Positions 20,201-31,300 of a stretch of DNA of 53,315 nucleotides are shown here, one piece after another. Every line of letters starts with the position of its first letter. Within the stretch, counting starts at the first letter, position 1. The notes under the pieces are model-generated. The model ran no database searches and had not been told where the DNA came from. It saw only the letters and a program-made list of their open reading frames with translations. The DNA is from a virus (taxonomy: Duplodnaviria > Caudoviricetes), in IMG/VR virus record IMGVR_UViG_3300032087_005336, positions 1-53,315 of that record, one strand, 5' to 3'. The position numbers and the translations under genes were made by a program.

Positions 20201-22042
20201 AATAGAAGTTGAAGCTACAGAAACAACTCTAGAAATATTGGGTAGTGATTGTGATGCTTGATTATATCTAACAAGATCACCTACTTTAAAGTTTTTAGTA
20301 AAATCACGATCTGCTTGAGTTACAAAACCAAATGAATCAATAGTACAAGGACCAAGTTCTAAAATAGTTGATTGCTTAACATCTCCAGAGAAAGTTGTAA
20401 CACCAATTTCTCCAAAAATAGATTTGACATTGGAAATGCCATAACTTGTTACTGATGTCGCAATTCTATCACTATCATTACCATCAAAAACAAGTTCTTC
20501 ACCCTTGATAAAGTTTCCTCTAACGTTATATGCTGTTAGAATCCCAGAATTAGAAACATCATATCTTAAGAATCCAACAGCACCACTTGATTTTCCTTTA
20601 ATAAATGTTGGAGTCTGTACAGATTGAATATCCTCATTAACAATAATGTCAGTAAAAGGTTGAACATCAAATAGTGATAGATCCCAAGTGTTTAAATTTG
20701 AATTTGATGCATCATAAGATCCACTTTCAAGAGCAAAATCATATACACGTGCCAGTCCGATCTCTTTACCTGATGCAACTGTAGATGATGCTCCTACTCT
20801 CTCATCTCTAAGTGAAACGGTATATGAAGTTGAAAAACCAATCTTTGGTGCTCCATAAACACGATTAAGTGACAAAGTTGATCCAGTTAAATAACTGATT
20901 GCTTGGGATTTAAACTCTTTTGTCTCTCTTGGTTTTTTAAAATCTATAAACAGATTGGAAGGAATATCTACTTCGTATCCTCTAACATATGCCTTACCAG
21001 ATGATAACTTATATACACCCAAATCATCACTTGGAGAATTACCAGATGATGTTAGTTCATTACTTTCATAAACACCATTATTCCCCTTATAATCATTTAA
21101 GGAATTTTTTAGTTCTAATGAAAATGGTTTAACATAATAATCACCACTTTCGTCAAAAGTTCTTCTTGCAAATTCATCCGCAAGAACATTATATTCTGGA
21201 TTATCAATCTTTGAAGATTCTATGATGCCATTTTTAATCTTTGCTAATTCTACAAAGTCTTGTGGAGTTTCCTCACCAGTTCCTACATGAATCAAAGATG
21301 CCTCAATTTTTAATCTATCAGCTCCAGTAGCTGCATAGTTTACAAATCCCTGAGAGTTATCATATAGAGAAACATCATCATATGCATCTACAAATGTTTC
21401 TGTAACTTGGAATCCCAGATTAAATGTGGGATTTGAATCTTCTGTACTTATAACTAGAGTTTGATCACTTACATTTACAAAAAATCCTCTTAAATAGAAG
21501 ACACCTTCTGATAATTTTGCAAGACACCCATTACTATTTTGCCTTACAGTAGCAATAGTATCACCCGCATTAAATGTAGTGATTTGTGCATCAGTTAAGT
21601 TTAATGCTTCTTCAATTGCTAAATCTTCACCAGCATTGAAAAGTTTAGTCTGATTATCATTTCCTGATGATACTACATTTACGAAAATATTATAACCACT
21701 TACTACTTCTACTTTAGCTCTAATGCCAGTATCTTGTCCTACAATAATTTTACCGACAAGAGAATTTAAATATTGAGAGACATCTATTCCATTATAATTT
21801 TCTTCAAGTTGTAAATTATATGCCTGGTCAATAACCTTGAGTGTTCCAGGAATTACAACCGAACCTTCTTTAAAAGTATGATTACCAAATTCTTCAATTT
21901 GATTTTGAAGAATAGATTGTATTGTAGTTAATTCTCTAGCCTGGACTGGTTGACCTGGCTTGAATAATACTTTGTAAAAAGATTTTGAACGATCAAAATC
22001 GTCAAAATATGGGAAAGTATTGAGATTAGTTATCTGTGGCAT
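14270..22042 (-). CDS. VrlC-like (DUF4815-type) large virion/baseplate protein
   Basis: PYFDDF...KVLFKPG.PVQARELT..QSILQNQ N-terminus; RRTFDESGDY; LEYYTSLSLLE; DPLAQSF; follows gp8. Confidence 0.85.
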   Translation of the reverse strand: MPQITNLNTFPYFDDFDRSKSFYKVLFKPGQPVQARELTTIQSILQNQIEEFGNHTFKEGSVVIPGTLKVIDQAYNLQLEENYNGIDVSQYLNSLVGKIIVGQDTGIRAKVEVVSGYNIFVNVVSSGNDNQTKLFNAGEDLAIEEALNLTDAQITTFNAGDTIATVRQNSNGCLAKLSEGVFYLRGFFVNVSDQTLVISTEDSNPTFNLGFQVTETFVDAYDDVSLYDNSQGFVNYAATGADRLKIEASLIHVGTGEETPQDFVELAKIKNGIIESSKIDNPEYNVLADEFARRTFDESGDYYVKPFSLELKNSLNDYKGNNGVYESNELTSSGNSPSDDLGVYKLSSGKAYVRGYEVDIPSNLFIDFKKPRETKEFKSQAISYLTGSTLSLNRVYGAPKIGFSTSYTVSLRDERVGASSTVASGKEIGLARVYDFALESGSYDASNSNLNTWDLSLFDVQPFTDIIVNEDIQSVQTPTFIKGKSSGAVGFLRYDVSNSGILTAYNVRGNFIKGEELVFDGNDSDRIATSVTSYGISNVKSIFGEIGVTTFSGDVKQSTILELGPCTIDSFGFVTQADRDFTKNFKVGDLVRYNQASQSLPNISRVVSVASTSIGLEAVQPVSGICVGALPSSQIDLIDVNKVSTVLQASEDNTLYTPLPKTNISDVKLLDSSITIRRSFNTTITSDPTGGRITILPQDLNTGETFLPFDEERYIVTNKDGGTEILTSDKFTITSGGRELIIKGLSTTGSATLVATLKKASIKSITKTKNKVKTVIVNKSNLEGSGIGATTLNDGLSYGNYPYGTRIQDDDICLLDPDVTKLYAVYESSTIGDPSLPRLVVSNISSLNSSVNDALDGEEIFGETSNAIGILVTKVSSTVAEIVPLNDKKFVSGETLTFKESGITATADSLTEGDNNIIGRYTLNKGLRNTIYDYSRISRKPNTESPTKRILVVYEQASIDSTDTGSLLDVSSYQKFDYNDISSTNGYRHSDLIDIRPRVKPYAVAEGSRSPFEFLGRSFETTQNNNIDILASDEDIKLDYSIYLPRIDRIYLTKQKTVQILNGVSAENPEPPLPINDALEIGVVSLPAYLRSTSDAKINLISHKRYQMRDIAKLEDRIKNLEYYTSLSLLETNTANLEIKDSQGNDRFKSGFFVDNFTTTNNQIKVGPKNSIDPNNNEMRASSYTTELDMLLGSTALTGVQGPFDADADPVYVNDLIGNNVRRSTLNLYGSDDNQGMGLLTLDYTETLLTSQQNATRIANAAPYFVTFYTGVITLNPSSDVWIEQSRIETQTVEGLIGGYNVTNVEATPDDLDPQAGWSPILWGGWNEEWTGRTIRDRTLQSSDTSSSPATNLRTRGSATVDTSITVRETTRSGTATQAGLSSRVQTVPGNRISLGDKIASLNVTSFMRSRNLEVSSKELKPNTQLYAFFDSVPVTKYCVPKLIEIEMISGTFSEGELIGGGTIKPSINGDAPYIRFRSAQINHRTGPFKNPTDTYKTNPYTSEEMATSYSTSSTILNVDTSSLSIQTQGQYYGYIETGMILEGRTSGARARVKNLRLISDETGSLVASFYIPNPNAPTTPKFRSGESTFKLIDTSSLNLPDGIQTTGAEKTFFSSGNIAQVQGTVISTRNVEVTNAFTSQSRNISETSESVIDLNTNVDLTVPDITLPEELLELPGRVDNLEDAVDDLGNRLDEQGNRIDALARRDRAIQNELNRQRVAIQNARRVTNITNVTNVTQNVTNVTRVTNVTNVRNVTNRITNVTPRRRDDDPLAQSFFVGSAEDSTGAFITGVDLYFQSAGVDETCFVELRPMVNGLPSSTEIYPLSHVVLKDTDVKVSDDASVATNVTFPAPVYLEGNKEHCIVIGSNTTGFNLWISRLGEVDVANLALPESEQVPITKQSDLGSLFKSQNSSTWTPSQYEDLKFDLYRANFVEEGTISFFNPDLNNGNSHIPVLKKDSLDVGSRRIIVGLGTTAVGWGTEIVPGNTVTQDDSNATGNYVMGLGIATGTMSIVNAGLGLTPSAGTYQYDGVTLESLTGRGENATANIFVENGVAIGATILSGGNGFKVGDIVTASVGDGIGRNLQLSVSEIFGINELILDQVQGDFNVGSGKTLRYINSSGITSEFSNNASVTLDSSPRVITDGLHIKVNHLNHGMHALTNNVIVGDVVSDLQPVKLSSDYSRTSTEDIVISDSSIFATFEGVGVGTTNPGYIQLGDEIISYEGVVGNTLTDITRGIDSTFVGSYETDNLVYKYENSGVSLRRINKEHQLQDATVSDAIGLDHYTIKIDNSSDGVDRSNSSSLPTLYLNQTKSTGGSNITATQNIQYEIMKPMIQHMILQKTGIDARARTLTATSVNGNEVSFEDAGYSSISLDSDNYFDTPRLIASKVNSDNLLTNLPGNKSLEIEINMRSYDPRVSPVIDLDRTGIIFVSNRVNSVISDYANDQRTSTLKNDPSAFIYATKPIGLEIPANNLRVVLAAYINNFADIRAFYAITNEPSEELIYYPFPGYNNLQEDGQIIDPNDNDGRSDSFVSPTDNKGFESTALTFKDYEFTIEDLPSFKYFSIKLVATSTNQCYPPRIRDLRTIAFA
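16750..16865 (-). repeat. Degenerate 9-bp tandem repeat encoding (V/I)TN units
   Basis: Translates VTNITNVTNVTQNVTNVTRVTNVTNVRNVTNRITNVT. Confidence 0.85.
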
Positions 22043-22047
22043 AATTC

Positions 22048-23613
22048 TTAGAACTGCAATACAATTTTGATGTCTTCTCTTTGATTCTGAGACCTAGTGA
22101 TTGAAGGTCTGTTATCAACATAAACTAAATCTCCAGAGTACTTTTGAACTTCTGGTTCAGATACACCATCATTGAACGTTTGTCCAAGATAGTAGTTTAG
22201 ATTATTTATCTCTAATACATCACCGTCAAAAGTATTATCAATTTTTAACGTTTGGTTTGAACCAGTAATATTTAATGATCCACCAGATCCAATATCTGAA
22301 GTAAACTCTATAAGTTTGTTACCATAAGTTCCTTCAATATCTTGTTCCAAATCATAGTTAAATCCAAATAAAGTTCTATCTTGCCAATACTTTAGAACTC
22401 CAGTATTTTTATTGTAGGAAACAACTCTTCCAATCGCAGTAGTACCTGTCGATACTGTTTGCGTAATAGTTGCATTAGGTGAAAAAATTGCATTCCTATA
22501 ATCATTGGGGGTATTGACACCTGTTAGTTTAAGTGCATATAATGCACTTACTTGATTTGTCTGCAATAATTCATTTGAATCAAATGCCAAAGGATTTCCA
22601 ATGATTCCGATTCTTGAAATTTTGTTCCCAACAATGAAATCTGGATTTGTTGCATCTGTTTTAATTTGAGAAAATACTAATACTTTAGTACAACCCAACT
22701 CTCTATAAATGTTATAACCATGGCCATCTTTTGGTGGAATTATAACTTTAAATTGTGGAACTGTAGTATAATCCTGGGGGAAGTTTCCAGTTGTTATATC
22801 AATATGTCCATAAGTATATCCAGAACCACCATTTGAAATAACTACAGAATCTACTTTTGATTGGTTGTCTACAACAATAGTTGCTTTTCCTCCAGTTCCA
22901 TCACCAATAATGTCGCAAGTATATACTTGGTTTGGTGGTCCGACATCTACACCTCTTGCGACTATATTTGCAATTTTCAATTGACCACTGTTTTTTGCAT
23001 TTAACCTAACCGATTGATAAGACTCTTCAGTCTCCCAGTCAGTAGGAACAGTAATATAATTTAAAGTATCAAACTTTACAATATCGTTTGGATTAATAGT
23101 AAATAGATATTTCCAAATATATCCGTCACCACTTGTTCCAGCACTTCTTGGTTCTAGGTCAATAAATCTAGGTTCATCCAGAGATGGTCTTCCATTAGGG
23201 TTTTCTGGATCAGTACCGTTTTGTAAGCAAATATAAACTCTAAAATCTCTATTAACAATATAATAATTTGAAGAGTATAATGATGTTGCTAGAGATGGTT
23301 GTGAAACACTATCTCTATTAATGTCATGTCTATACATATCATATGTTAGACCAGATGACCATGTATTCTTTTTGATTGCAAATCTAACGTCATCTGTAGA
23401 AACTTTTTTTAGTCCAACTACAGTATCCCAGTTGTGCATCTCCTCAGAAAAACTATCTTTAGGTGATGGTGGTGATTCATCCCAGGTTGAACTATAGTCT
23501 TCTGAATTTGTTAAACCGACAAAACTATAGTAAGAATTGCTACTAGAAGTAATTTCATTTACGAAATTTCTAGCATTTAATATTCTAAGTTGATCCGTTA
23601 CAATTGCAGACAT
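22048..23613 (-). CDS. gp8: Baseplate wedge subunit
   Basis: MSAIVTDQLRI; VYICLQNG...DGYIWKYLFTI; C-terminal YVDNRPSITRS..QREDIKIVLQF; late-promoter-like AATAAATA 23627-23634. Confidence 0.9.
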   Translation of the reverse strand: MSAIVTDQLRILNARNFVNEITSSSNSYYSFVGLTNSEDYSSTWDESPPSPKDSFSEEMHNWDTVVGLKKVSTDDVRFAIKKNTWSSGLTYDMYRHDINRDSVSQPSLATSLYSSNYYIVNRDFRVYICLQNGTDPENPNGRPSLDEPRFIDLEPRSAGTSGDGYIWKYLFTINPNDIVKFDTLNYITVPTDWETEESYQSVRLNAKNSGQLKIANIVARGVDVGPPNQVYTCDIIGDGTGGKATIVVDNQSKVDSVVISNGGSGYTYGHIDITTGNFPQDYTTVPQFKVIIPPKDGHGYNIYRELGCTKVLVFSQIKTDATNPDFIVGNKISRIGIIGNPLAFDSNELLQTNQVSALYALKLTGVNTPNDYRNAIFSPNATITQTVSTGTTAIGRVVSYNKNTGVLKYWQDRTLFGFNYDLEQDIEGTYGNKLIEFTSDIGSGGSLNITGSNQTLKIDNTFDGDVLEINNLNYYLGQTFNDGVSEPEVQKYSGDLVYVDNRPSITRSQNQREDIKIVLQF

Positions 23614-23649
23614 GACTTTTTTTATCTATTTATTAGGATATTAAATGAG

Positions 23650-25359
23650 TTAAGAAACTCTGTGAACCGTGGAAACATTAATGGTAACTGCATTACCTAA
23701 TTCTGTTCCAGTAATAGCAATTTGAGACTGATCTCCTTGGTAACGCATCTCAATAGTCGTAGCAGCACTAGGAACAAGACCAAATGATCCAGCATTGATG
23801 CCTGTTGCAATTCCAACTGCACCAGTGAATGCTACGTTTGCAATTGCACCTCCAGTTTTTGAAGTATATGGAAGACCTCCAACAATCACACCACTTCCAT
23901 TTGCGGTTCCACCATTAACGGTTAAAATGATGTGAGCAAACATCAAATCACCAATTCTTGTATAATAACCATTCTGTGCAGAATATGTTGGGCTAGTAAT
24001 TCCTTGCGTAATTATGGGAGTGAATGTTCCCTCTTCGTAATTATCAAGAAGTTCAGAAGTTGCAGTTCCAGTACCGTCTGAAGTTGCAGAAAAATCAATA
24101 CCGTTACCTGCTGTTGCAATAACTACATCACCAGATGTAATAGTTGCATTACCAGTAACTCCTACACTATCAAGTTCTGTTGTACCCTCAACATCAAGAT
24201 TTTGACCAACCCAAAGATTCTTCTCAATACCAACACCACCAGCAACCTTTAAGGCACCATTGGTCGGACTTGTTGACTGTGTAGTGTCTTCAATGTCAAC
24301 ATCTCCACTAATATCAACTGCATCATTAATATCGACTATGCCACCAGTAGAATCGAGTATAAGGTTGCCTGATGTAGTATCAACGGTATTAGTATCAATT
24401 CTTACATTATCAATGGTCGCACTACCAGTAACAGTAACAACACCAACTGCTTGTAGATTATCTACTTCAGTGTGCCCATCAACATCTAAATCTACCCCAA
24501 CAGAAAGAGTTGATCCATTAAATGTTAAATTGGCATCATCTTCAAGTGATCCTGCACTACCAGCAATAACAACACGATTATCTGTTAAGTCTGCAACTGT
24601 TGCAGATGAAAGATTAATTTCACCACCACTAAGGTCTGCTCCACCATTAACATCAAGTGCTCCAGCAATTGTTGCACCAGCTGACACATTAACAAAATCT
24701 AATTCTGTGTGTCCATCAACATCCAAATCACCGTTTGCATCTATATTTGCATTAACAGTAAGGAGTTCATCAATTGTAGTCGTATCTAAAGTTGTAGCAC
24801 CATCAACATCCAAAGCTCCATTAAAGTCAACTGCACCAGTAACAGTCAATGCTGCTGAGACATTTACATCATCGAGATCGGATAATCCGTCTACTGTTAG
24901 ATCTGTAGAAATATCAACAGATGCATTAATATCAACATTATTACTAAATGTAGATAATCCTGCAACTTGAAGACGTGAATCTAAGAATGTGGCATCATAA
25001 AATGTTGAAACACCCGTTACAGTAATACCAGATCCTAAAACTACAACACCATCTCTGGCAGTAACAACACCAATTGAATCGACATTAGTTACATCTTCAT
25101 AAGTAAGAACTCCAGTGACAGTTAAATCACCACCAACATCTAAATTTCCACTAATATCTCCATTACCGTTAATATCCAATCCAGTAGAAGTAATAATACC
25201 TACAGTTAAATTTGGATTTCCTGATAATAATGTTGTTCCATCACCTAATGCATTATAAACCTCTAGGAAATTTTCATTAACTTTAATGGCACCAGCAAGA
25301 AGTGAATCTCCAGTGCCATCATTTGGTATAGTTCCAGTTGATATCCCTTGTAGTGCCAT
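23650..25359 (-). CDS. Fibre-like protein with gp9/gp10-type N-terminal baseplate-binding motif
   Basis: I..G..PNDGTGDSL...KVNENF.EVY N-terminus; LDVDG beta repeats; LDNYEEGTFTP C-terminal fibre-head motif. Confidence 0.8.
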   Translation of the reverse strand: MALQGISTGTIPNDGTGDSLLAGAIKVNENFLEVYNALGDGTTLLSGNPNLTVGIITSTGLDINGNGDISGNLDVGGDLTVTGVLTYEDVTNVDSIGVVTARDGVVVLGSGITVTGVSTFYDATFLDSRLQVAGLSTFSNNVDINASVDISTDLTVDGLSDLDDVNVSAALTVTGAVDFNGALDVDGATTLDTTTIDELLTVNANIDANGDLDVDGHTELDFVNVSAGATIAGALDVNGGADLSGGEINLSSATVADLTDNRVVIAGSAGSLEDDANLTFNGSTLSVGVDLDVDGHTEVDNLQAVGVVTVTGSATIDNVRIDTNTVDTTSGNLILDSTGGIVDINDAVDISGDVDIEDTTQSTSPTNGALKVAGGVGIEKNLWVGQNLDVEGTTELDSVGVTGNATITSGDVVIATAGNGIDFSATSDGTGTATSELLDNYEEGTFTPIITQGITSPTYSAQNGYYTRIGDLMFAHIILTVNGGTANGSGVIVGGLPYTSKTGGAIANVAFTGAVGIATGINAGSFGLVPSAATTIEMRYQGDQSQIAITGTELGNAVTINVSTVHRVS

Positions 25360-25382
25360 TATAATAGACGAGCTTTATGACT

Positions 25383-25390
25383 TATTTATA
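25383..25390 (-). promoter_or_regulatory. T4-type late promoter (TATAAATA)
   Basis: Perfect consensus about 23 nt upstream of ATG 25359. Confidence 0.8.
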
Positions 25391-25393
25391 AGA

Positions 25394-28300
25394 TCACTCA
25401 GAATACTGAGTATATAACTTAGATCTTAGATGGAATACTCTCTTAACAATTGATGATGTAGAAAGACCTGCATAACCATCTTGAGGATATGCCTCAAAAG
25501 ATCTTGGTTGCTTTCTACTCTTATTTGGATCCCAATCAAGTCTTCCCCAAGAGAAGTTGCCAAAGAAACCAAAGTCTCTTGAATTCACAGTACCATCTCC
25601 ATCAAAAGTTGGAGATAAATCAGAATCAAAAGTTGCTTCAGTTGAACTAAAGATTTCATTATTAGCTGCCATTTCAAATACATCTTTAATAAGAGTAGTA
25701 ACTTCTAAAATATCAGTTGTTCCTACTCCAGGTACAGCAGCTGTTGTTCTATTAATATCATATGCCTGGAAGACATTTCCTCCTCTTTGAGTTACAATTC
25801 CAAGAACACTTCCATCATTATAGAGTGATGTTACACCTTTACCGACAGTTACCTCTGAAGTTGTGAAGTAATAATCTGTTAAAATGCCACTAACACCTGT
25901 AGTTACGAATCCACTATTATTAATAGCATCATTTCTTAAAGGTGAATAATGTGGAACATATAGTCCCAATTTCAATGCAGTTGTCGCAATACCAACGACT
26001 GAAGTGTTTGCAATAGAAATGATAGATCCAAAATCTCCATCATAAGTAACTTGCTTAACAAGTTCAGTTTTTGCTAATGGTGGTTCAATTAGTACATATG
26101 GTTTTTGTGTAGAAATATATCCACTTCCACCATCAGTGACATTAATTGATGTGATAGAACCATTAGTAACAACACAAGTTGCAATTGCAGTAGTTCCACC
26201 AGCACCAGGTGTGCCAATAGAAATTTCTGGATTAAATGTATATCCAGCACCTGCATTTGTAATAGAAACTGAAGTAATTGACCCACCAGCAGAAACAGTT
26301 ACAGTTCCTAAACCAGATTCTTGATAGTCTTGAGAAATAAATTCAACTTGACCTAGTTTAACACCAGCTAGATTTTCATTTCTATTATCAAAGAATGTAG
26401 TAACATTTTCAACCCAAGCAATTGTTGTATTAATTCCAAGAGGTTGGATTAAATTAGTAACTGGTGAAATATATGGTTCATAAAGATTTCTATCTTTTCC
26501 AATTGGTTCACCGTTGATGAAAACATCATCCTCCTGCTTACATGCCATAATTGGCCTTTCAAAACTTTCATCATCTACTCTTCCAATACCACTGTATGGG
26601 TTTGTAAGAATAATGTCAGATGTAAGAACATCTTCTACTGATCTATGATCTTCAGTCAAACCTGGAGAATCAGATTGTAGTTGAACAGTGTCTCCAACTT
26701 CAATTGGTTCGACAATATCAACTTCAACAACATCAACATCTCTTGTTCCTCTATAGAAAATAATTCTAGAAGTATATTCTTTAGGAATTGGTTCAGAGAA
26801 GATGAGCAAACTACCACCCTTAAAGGTATATGATTGATTTGGAACTTGTAGAATATCGTTAATGAATACCAAAACAGTTGCAGATACATCAATATTACTT
26901 CCAGGTCTTGCTCTAATTGAAAGTCTTTCACCTTGGAATGAAATTGGGAATACTCTTCGTACACCATCAAATCTATCATCTAGACTATCTAATTGTTGCA
27001 ATTGTCCAAGTGACCAGGCACTAAATTCATCACTATGAGTTTCACTAACAGTTACCTGGAATTCGTCAAATACTTTACTAGTATCTGTTGGAATACCAGT
27101 GCTTCCACCAATTGCAACAGTTAGAATTTCACCCTGACCATAAGCATAACCATTATTATTAAATTTAAATTCACCGATCGTAGTATCTCTACTTACAAAT
27201 ATATCAAGTGATGCTTTTGTTCCAATTCCTTGAACAGAATCGTTAGAGTAGATAAGTGGGATATTTGTATAACTTAGTGGAGAATCAAATCTTATTCTTG
27301 GTGGATTTGTGCTAGTATATGCAGTTCCTGGATTTGTAATAGCAACTCCAGTAATATGTCCATTCAATGCAGTCGCATAACCAATTATTGATAGATCAGA
27401 TGGAGTTTCGGCAAATACATTAATATGTGTCTGTATACCAGGTCTATAACCAGATCCACTGTTACCAATGCTGATAGCAGTGATAGATCCAAATCCAGAG
27501 ATCGTTGCAGTACCACCAGCAGCAACTAGTGGTTGATATCCAAGACCAGTTGTAGATCCAATATTTACAATTACACCACCAACAGGAACATTAGAACTAT
27601 TAACATCTTCACCTGGTGTCTGTGTAGTAGGTTCAAATAGAATATTTGTATATGCACCAGGCTCAGTTAATTCATAATTACCAACAATTGAGGAAACACC
27701 TAGTCTCTTCGGTTGTTGGAAGATATCTTTGATTAAAATAATTGCATTATCAGTGGAAACACCAGTAACATTTGATCCTTCATCAGTTGTTAGAGTAAAT
27801 GCAGTTCTAATACCAGTAAATTGGGAAGAAATATCATCAAAGATGTAGTTTTTAGTATAAGTTTCAAAAGTTTCATCCTCGATTCCAGATCTCATGAAGG
27901 TTCTTCCATGGAAATATGAATTTGTAGTAATTCCAGTGTAATCTCTATCTGATGGATCAACAAATGGAACACCAAACTGGTTTAGATCTGGAGTAACTGG
28001 TACTTTTCCATATGGTGGTGCAGCAAAGTTAATCGTTGATCCAACAATAGTATAATTACCAGTTAGTTTTTCAACTAAATCTCCAGCAGTATGGATACCT
28101 AGTTCTGTACCCATCCAAGGTCTTCTAACTCTAATTTTTTCATCAGAACCAACACCAACTGTATCAATTCTCATAATCTCATCATTAATCTTAATAATAT
28201 CTTGTGAGAAGAATGAAGTAATTCCAGTTGTATTGATTAAAGTATCCGTTAATGCAATATCCTCAGATAGTGTTGTCTTGATTCCCACTTTTACTAGTGG

Positions 28301-31300
28301 TGACTGCATCATGTTATCAATAGTAAATATTCCTTTAGTATCTTTATTTGTAGCAGTAATTTTATGCTGCGTTCCAATTCCAGCAGATGCTAGAATCAAT
28401 GGCTCTGAATTAAATTTCAGTGCCTTTTCTGCAGTATCTGTAAGTTTGATCTTACTATCATTAACTTTGATTACATAAAGATTTGTTGGAAGTTTATCAG
28501 TAGTTCCAATTCCAGCAACAGAGGCAGTTTCAATACCAATTGCAGTATCTTCTTCTGGATCATAAGTATACTTAACTAATTCTCCTGTTACAAAGAAATG
28601 ATTAGGAAGAATTAGAACATTTTCGTCTGTAGAAACAGATGTATTTAAAGCCGAAGCATCAAATGTTCTTTCAAAAATTAAATCACCCTGATGTCTTAAT
28701 TCAAAACTTCTCTTAACATCATTTTCTGTTCCAGTATAATCTCCATAAAGAGTACTAAATTCTCCACTTACATATTGAAGTCTATTAGTAGAAATACCCA
28801 GATCAACTGGACCCAATGAATTGATTAATAGTCTAACTTCAATTTCTCTATCTGCTCCTGTAGAAGCTAAGGGGTGGAAAGATATTGTAGTTTCTTTTGT
28901 AGATGAATCTACAGAAGCACTAAAGGTTCCAATACCAGTTTCTTCATAATCTTCGTCATTTACAGTCACACCAAATTCTGAAACATAAGCATTTGTACCA
29001 TTGTGTACTACTATTATCTCAGAGAATTGCTTGACATCATAAGCAATATCCTCAATACTAGCATAAACGTTAAATCCTTGATACTTAGACTCAAGTGTTG
29101 CAATTTCTATTGGATTTGGAGTAGAATCAACAGTAGTGCTGCCAAATCCTACTGTAGTTAATGTATTATTATAAGTACTTGTACCACTAGAAACTCTAGA
29201 AGTATCTGAGATAGAAACTACTGTAGAGAATACTTTATAATTTGTAGAAAGACCCACACTTGGTGCTAAAGTCATCTCAATTTCATTTCCATTATATCTA
29301 AACCCATAAGTTCCAATACCAAGTGAAACATCTTGGTCAGAAAAATTATCTGTTGCTAATGTTGAAAATTCAGTTTCATAGATTTCAGTTCCATCATGAA
29401 CGATATTAAATTCATCATATTGGAAGTATTGTAAATCAGTTGCCTCAAGAGTAACAATAACCTTTGAAGATGTATATGAAGAATCGATACCTACAATTTT
29501 AGTTGCAGTACTTGTTCCTTGTGGAATTGTTACTGTTTGAACTCCTACATTTGCAATATCACCAATATATTGAGTTGAAATTCCTGCAATAGACTCAGCA
29601 GCAGCATAAGAGTGACCACTTACATTATAATCAGTAAATCTAAATTCAACAGGATAGAATAATAATAGACCATTTCTTTCAAAAACCCCAATATCAAAAT
29701 ATCCTTGAACTGTATTTGTTTCGACTAGACCATATTGAGTTAAGAATCCATATGTACCATTATGAATAACATTCACAATGATCATCTGCCTTTCACCTGG
29801 GAACTTTTTGTTATTGGTGAATAGAATGTATTTTTTAGATCTATACTTATCTAAACTAAATGTATCTACGGTAACGAAAGCAGTTGGTCTTGGATTGCTA
29901 TTAAATTCATCACTAATATCATCAACAATTAGAACTCTATTACCAATAGATTCAAAATAGTCAACAAGTGCTAATGAATTGAATCTAATTTCATCAGATG
30001 TTTTATTGAGAATATTATTTTCTGTAGCAATATCAATATCATGAACACAGTTTAAGTTATAATAAGAATCGATATCAGCAATTCCAGTAAACCCACTTCC
30101 AGTCTGAATACCAACCATTTCAGAATCATCATCAGAAACAGATATTACCTGCAAATCACTAAACTTCTTCATTCCAGATGGATGAATTAGAGATTCTACG
30201 GGATCAGACCATGACCCAATTCCTACTTCGGACTTGATTGAATATGAGAAGTATTGATAATAATCACTATCATGAATTCTTTGAGTTTCTTCATTTAAGA
30301 AACCTTTCTTATCATAAAATCTATTTCTCTTTGCATTAGATGCATCTAATTCATATGTTAGTGTAGTGATGCCGATAACTTCAGTTAGAGTACCACTGGA
30401 TTTTGAAGTTTTACCTACAATAAAATCACCAATCTTATAAAGTTCTGGAGTACTTGTAAAGACTTTTAAGATTTCATTTTTGATTTCCCAAGAAACTACA
30501 ATATCTTCAGTAGTACCATTTGTTATAAGTTCATCAACAAAGAATTTATTTGGTTCTCTATTGACAGTAAATCTTGGGAAATATGATTGTGGAATTACTC
30601 TAGCAGAAGTAAATAGAAGGTTAAAAACACCAGGATTATTTTTAACAACAAAATCACTCATATTGAATGTGAATGATGGAAGTTGACCTCCAATATTAGG
30701 ATCTGCAGTTTTTACGGTAAACAATGCCTTGTAATCATAATCAGATGTGTTGTATCCCTCGTCAGTTTCGGGATTTATTGTTACAACACCCTCAATCATA
30801 AATTGGGATCCAACAGGGAATGGCCAAGCACTTAAGGTACTAAAACCAACAACATCCAAAGTGATTGTTGCATCTTTAGATCCACTATCATATGTTAGAT
30901 TTAGAATTTTATATCCATTACTATTATTAATTGGGATTAATCTTGGTTCTACGTCATAAAGATTTTTAGTATTTTTAATAATTTTAACTTCAAAATCTTC
31001 GTTTTCAACATAATCCAGTACAAGATCGTCTACAACTTTATTTGTATAACCATCAAGCATTACTAAATCTGGAAGAACAGTATAATTTTTTCCAGGATAT
31101 TCAATTTCAATTGACTCAACGGAAGTTAGAGGGTCAATTTTAAATACTGATGGTGAGAAAGCTCTTGGTCTAAGTGTAGTATCTGATGGGAAATCAAATC
31201 CAATATCGGAAATATCAATATCTTTTACTTTACCAATAGTTGTTGATCTTGCAAAAAGAATTTCATCGATTCCATTTTCAGTTATAACTTCTTTAATTCT

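Noticed and set aside
2908-25359. Diversity-generating retroelement acting on fibre genes
   Set aside because: No reverse transcriptase, and I saw no template/variable repeat pair; a dot-plot would be needed to exclude it fully
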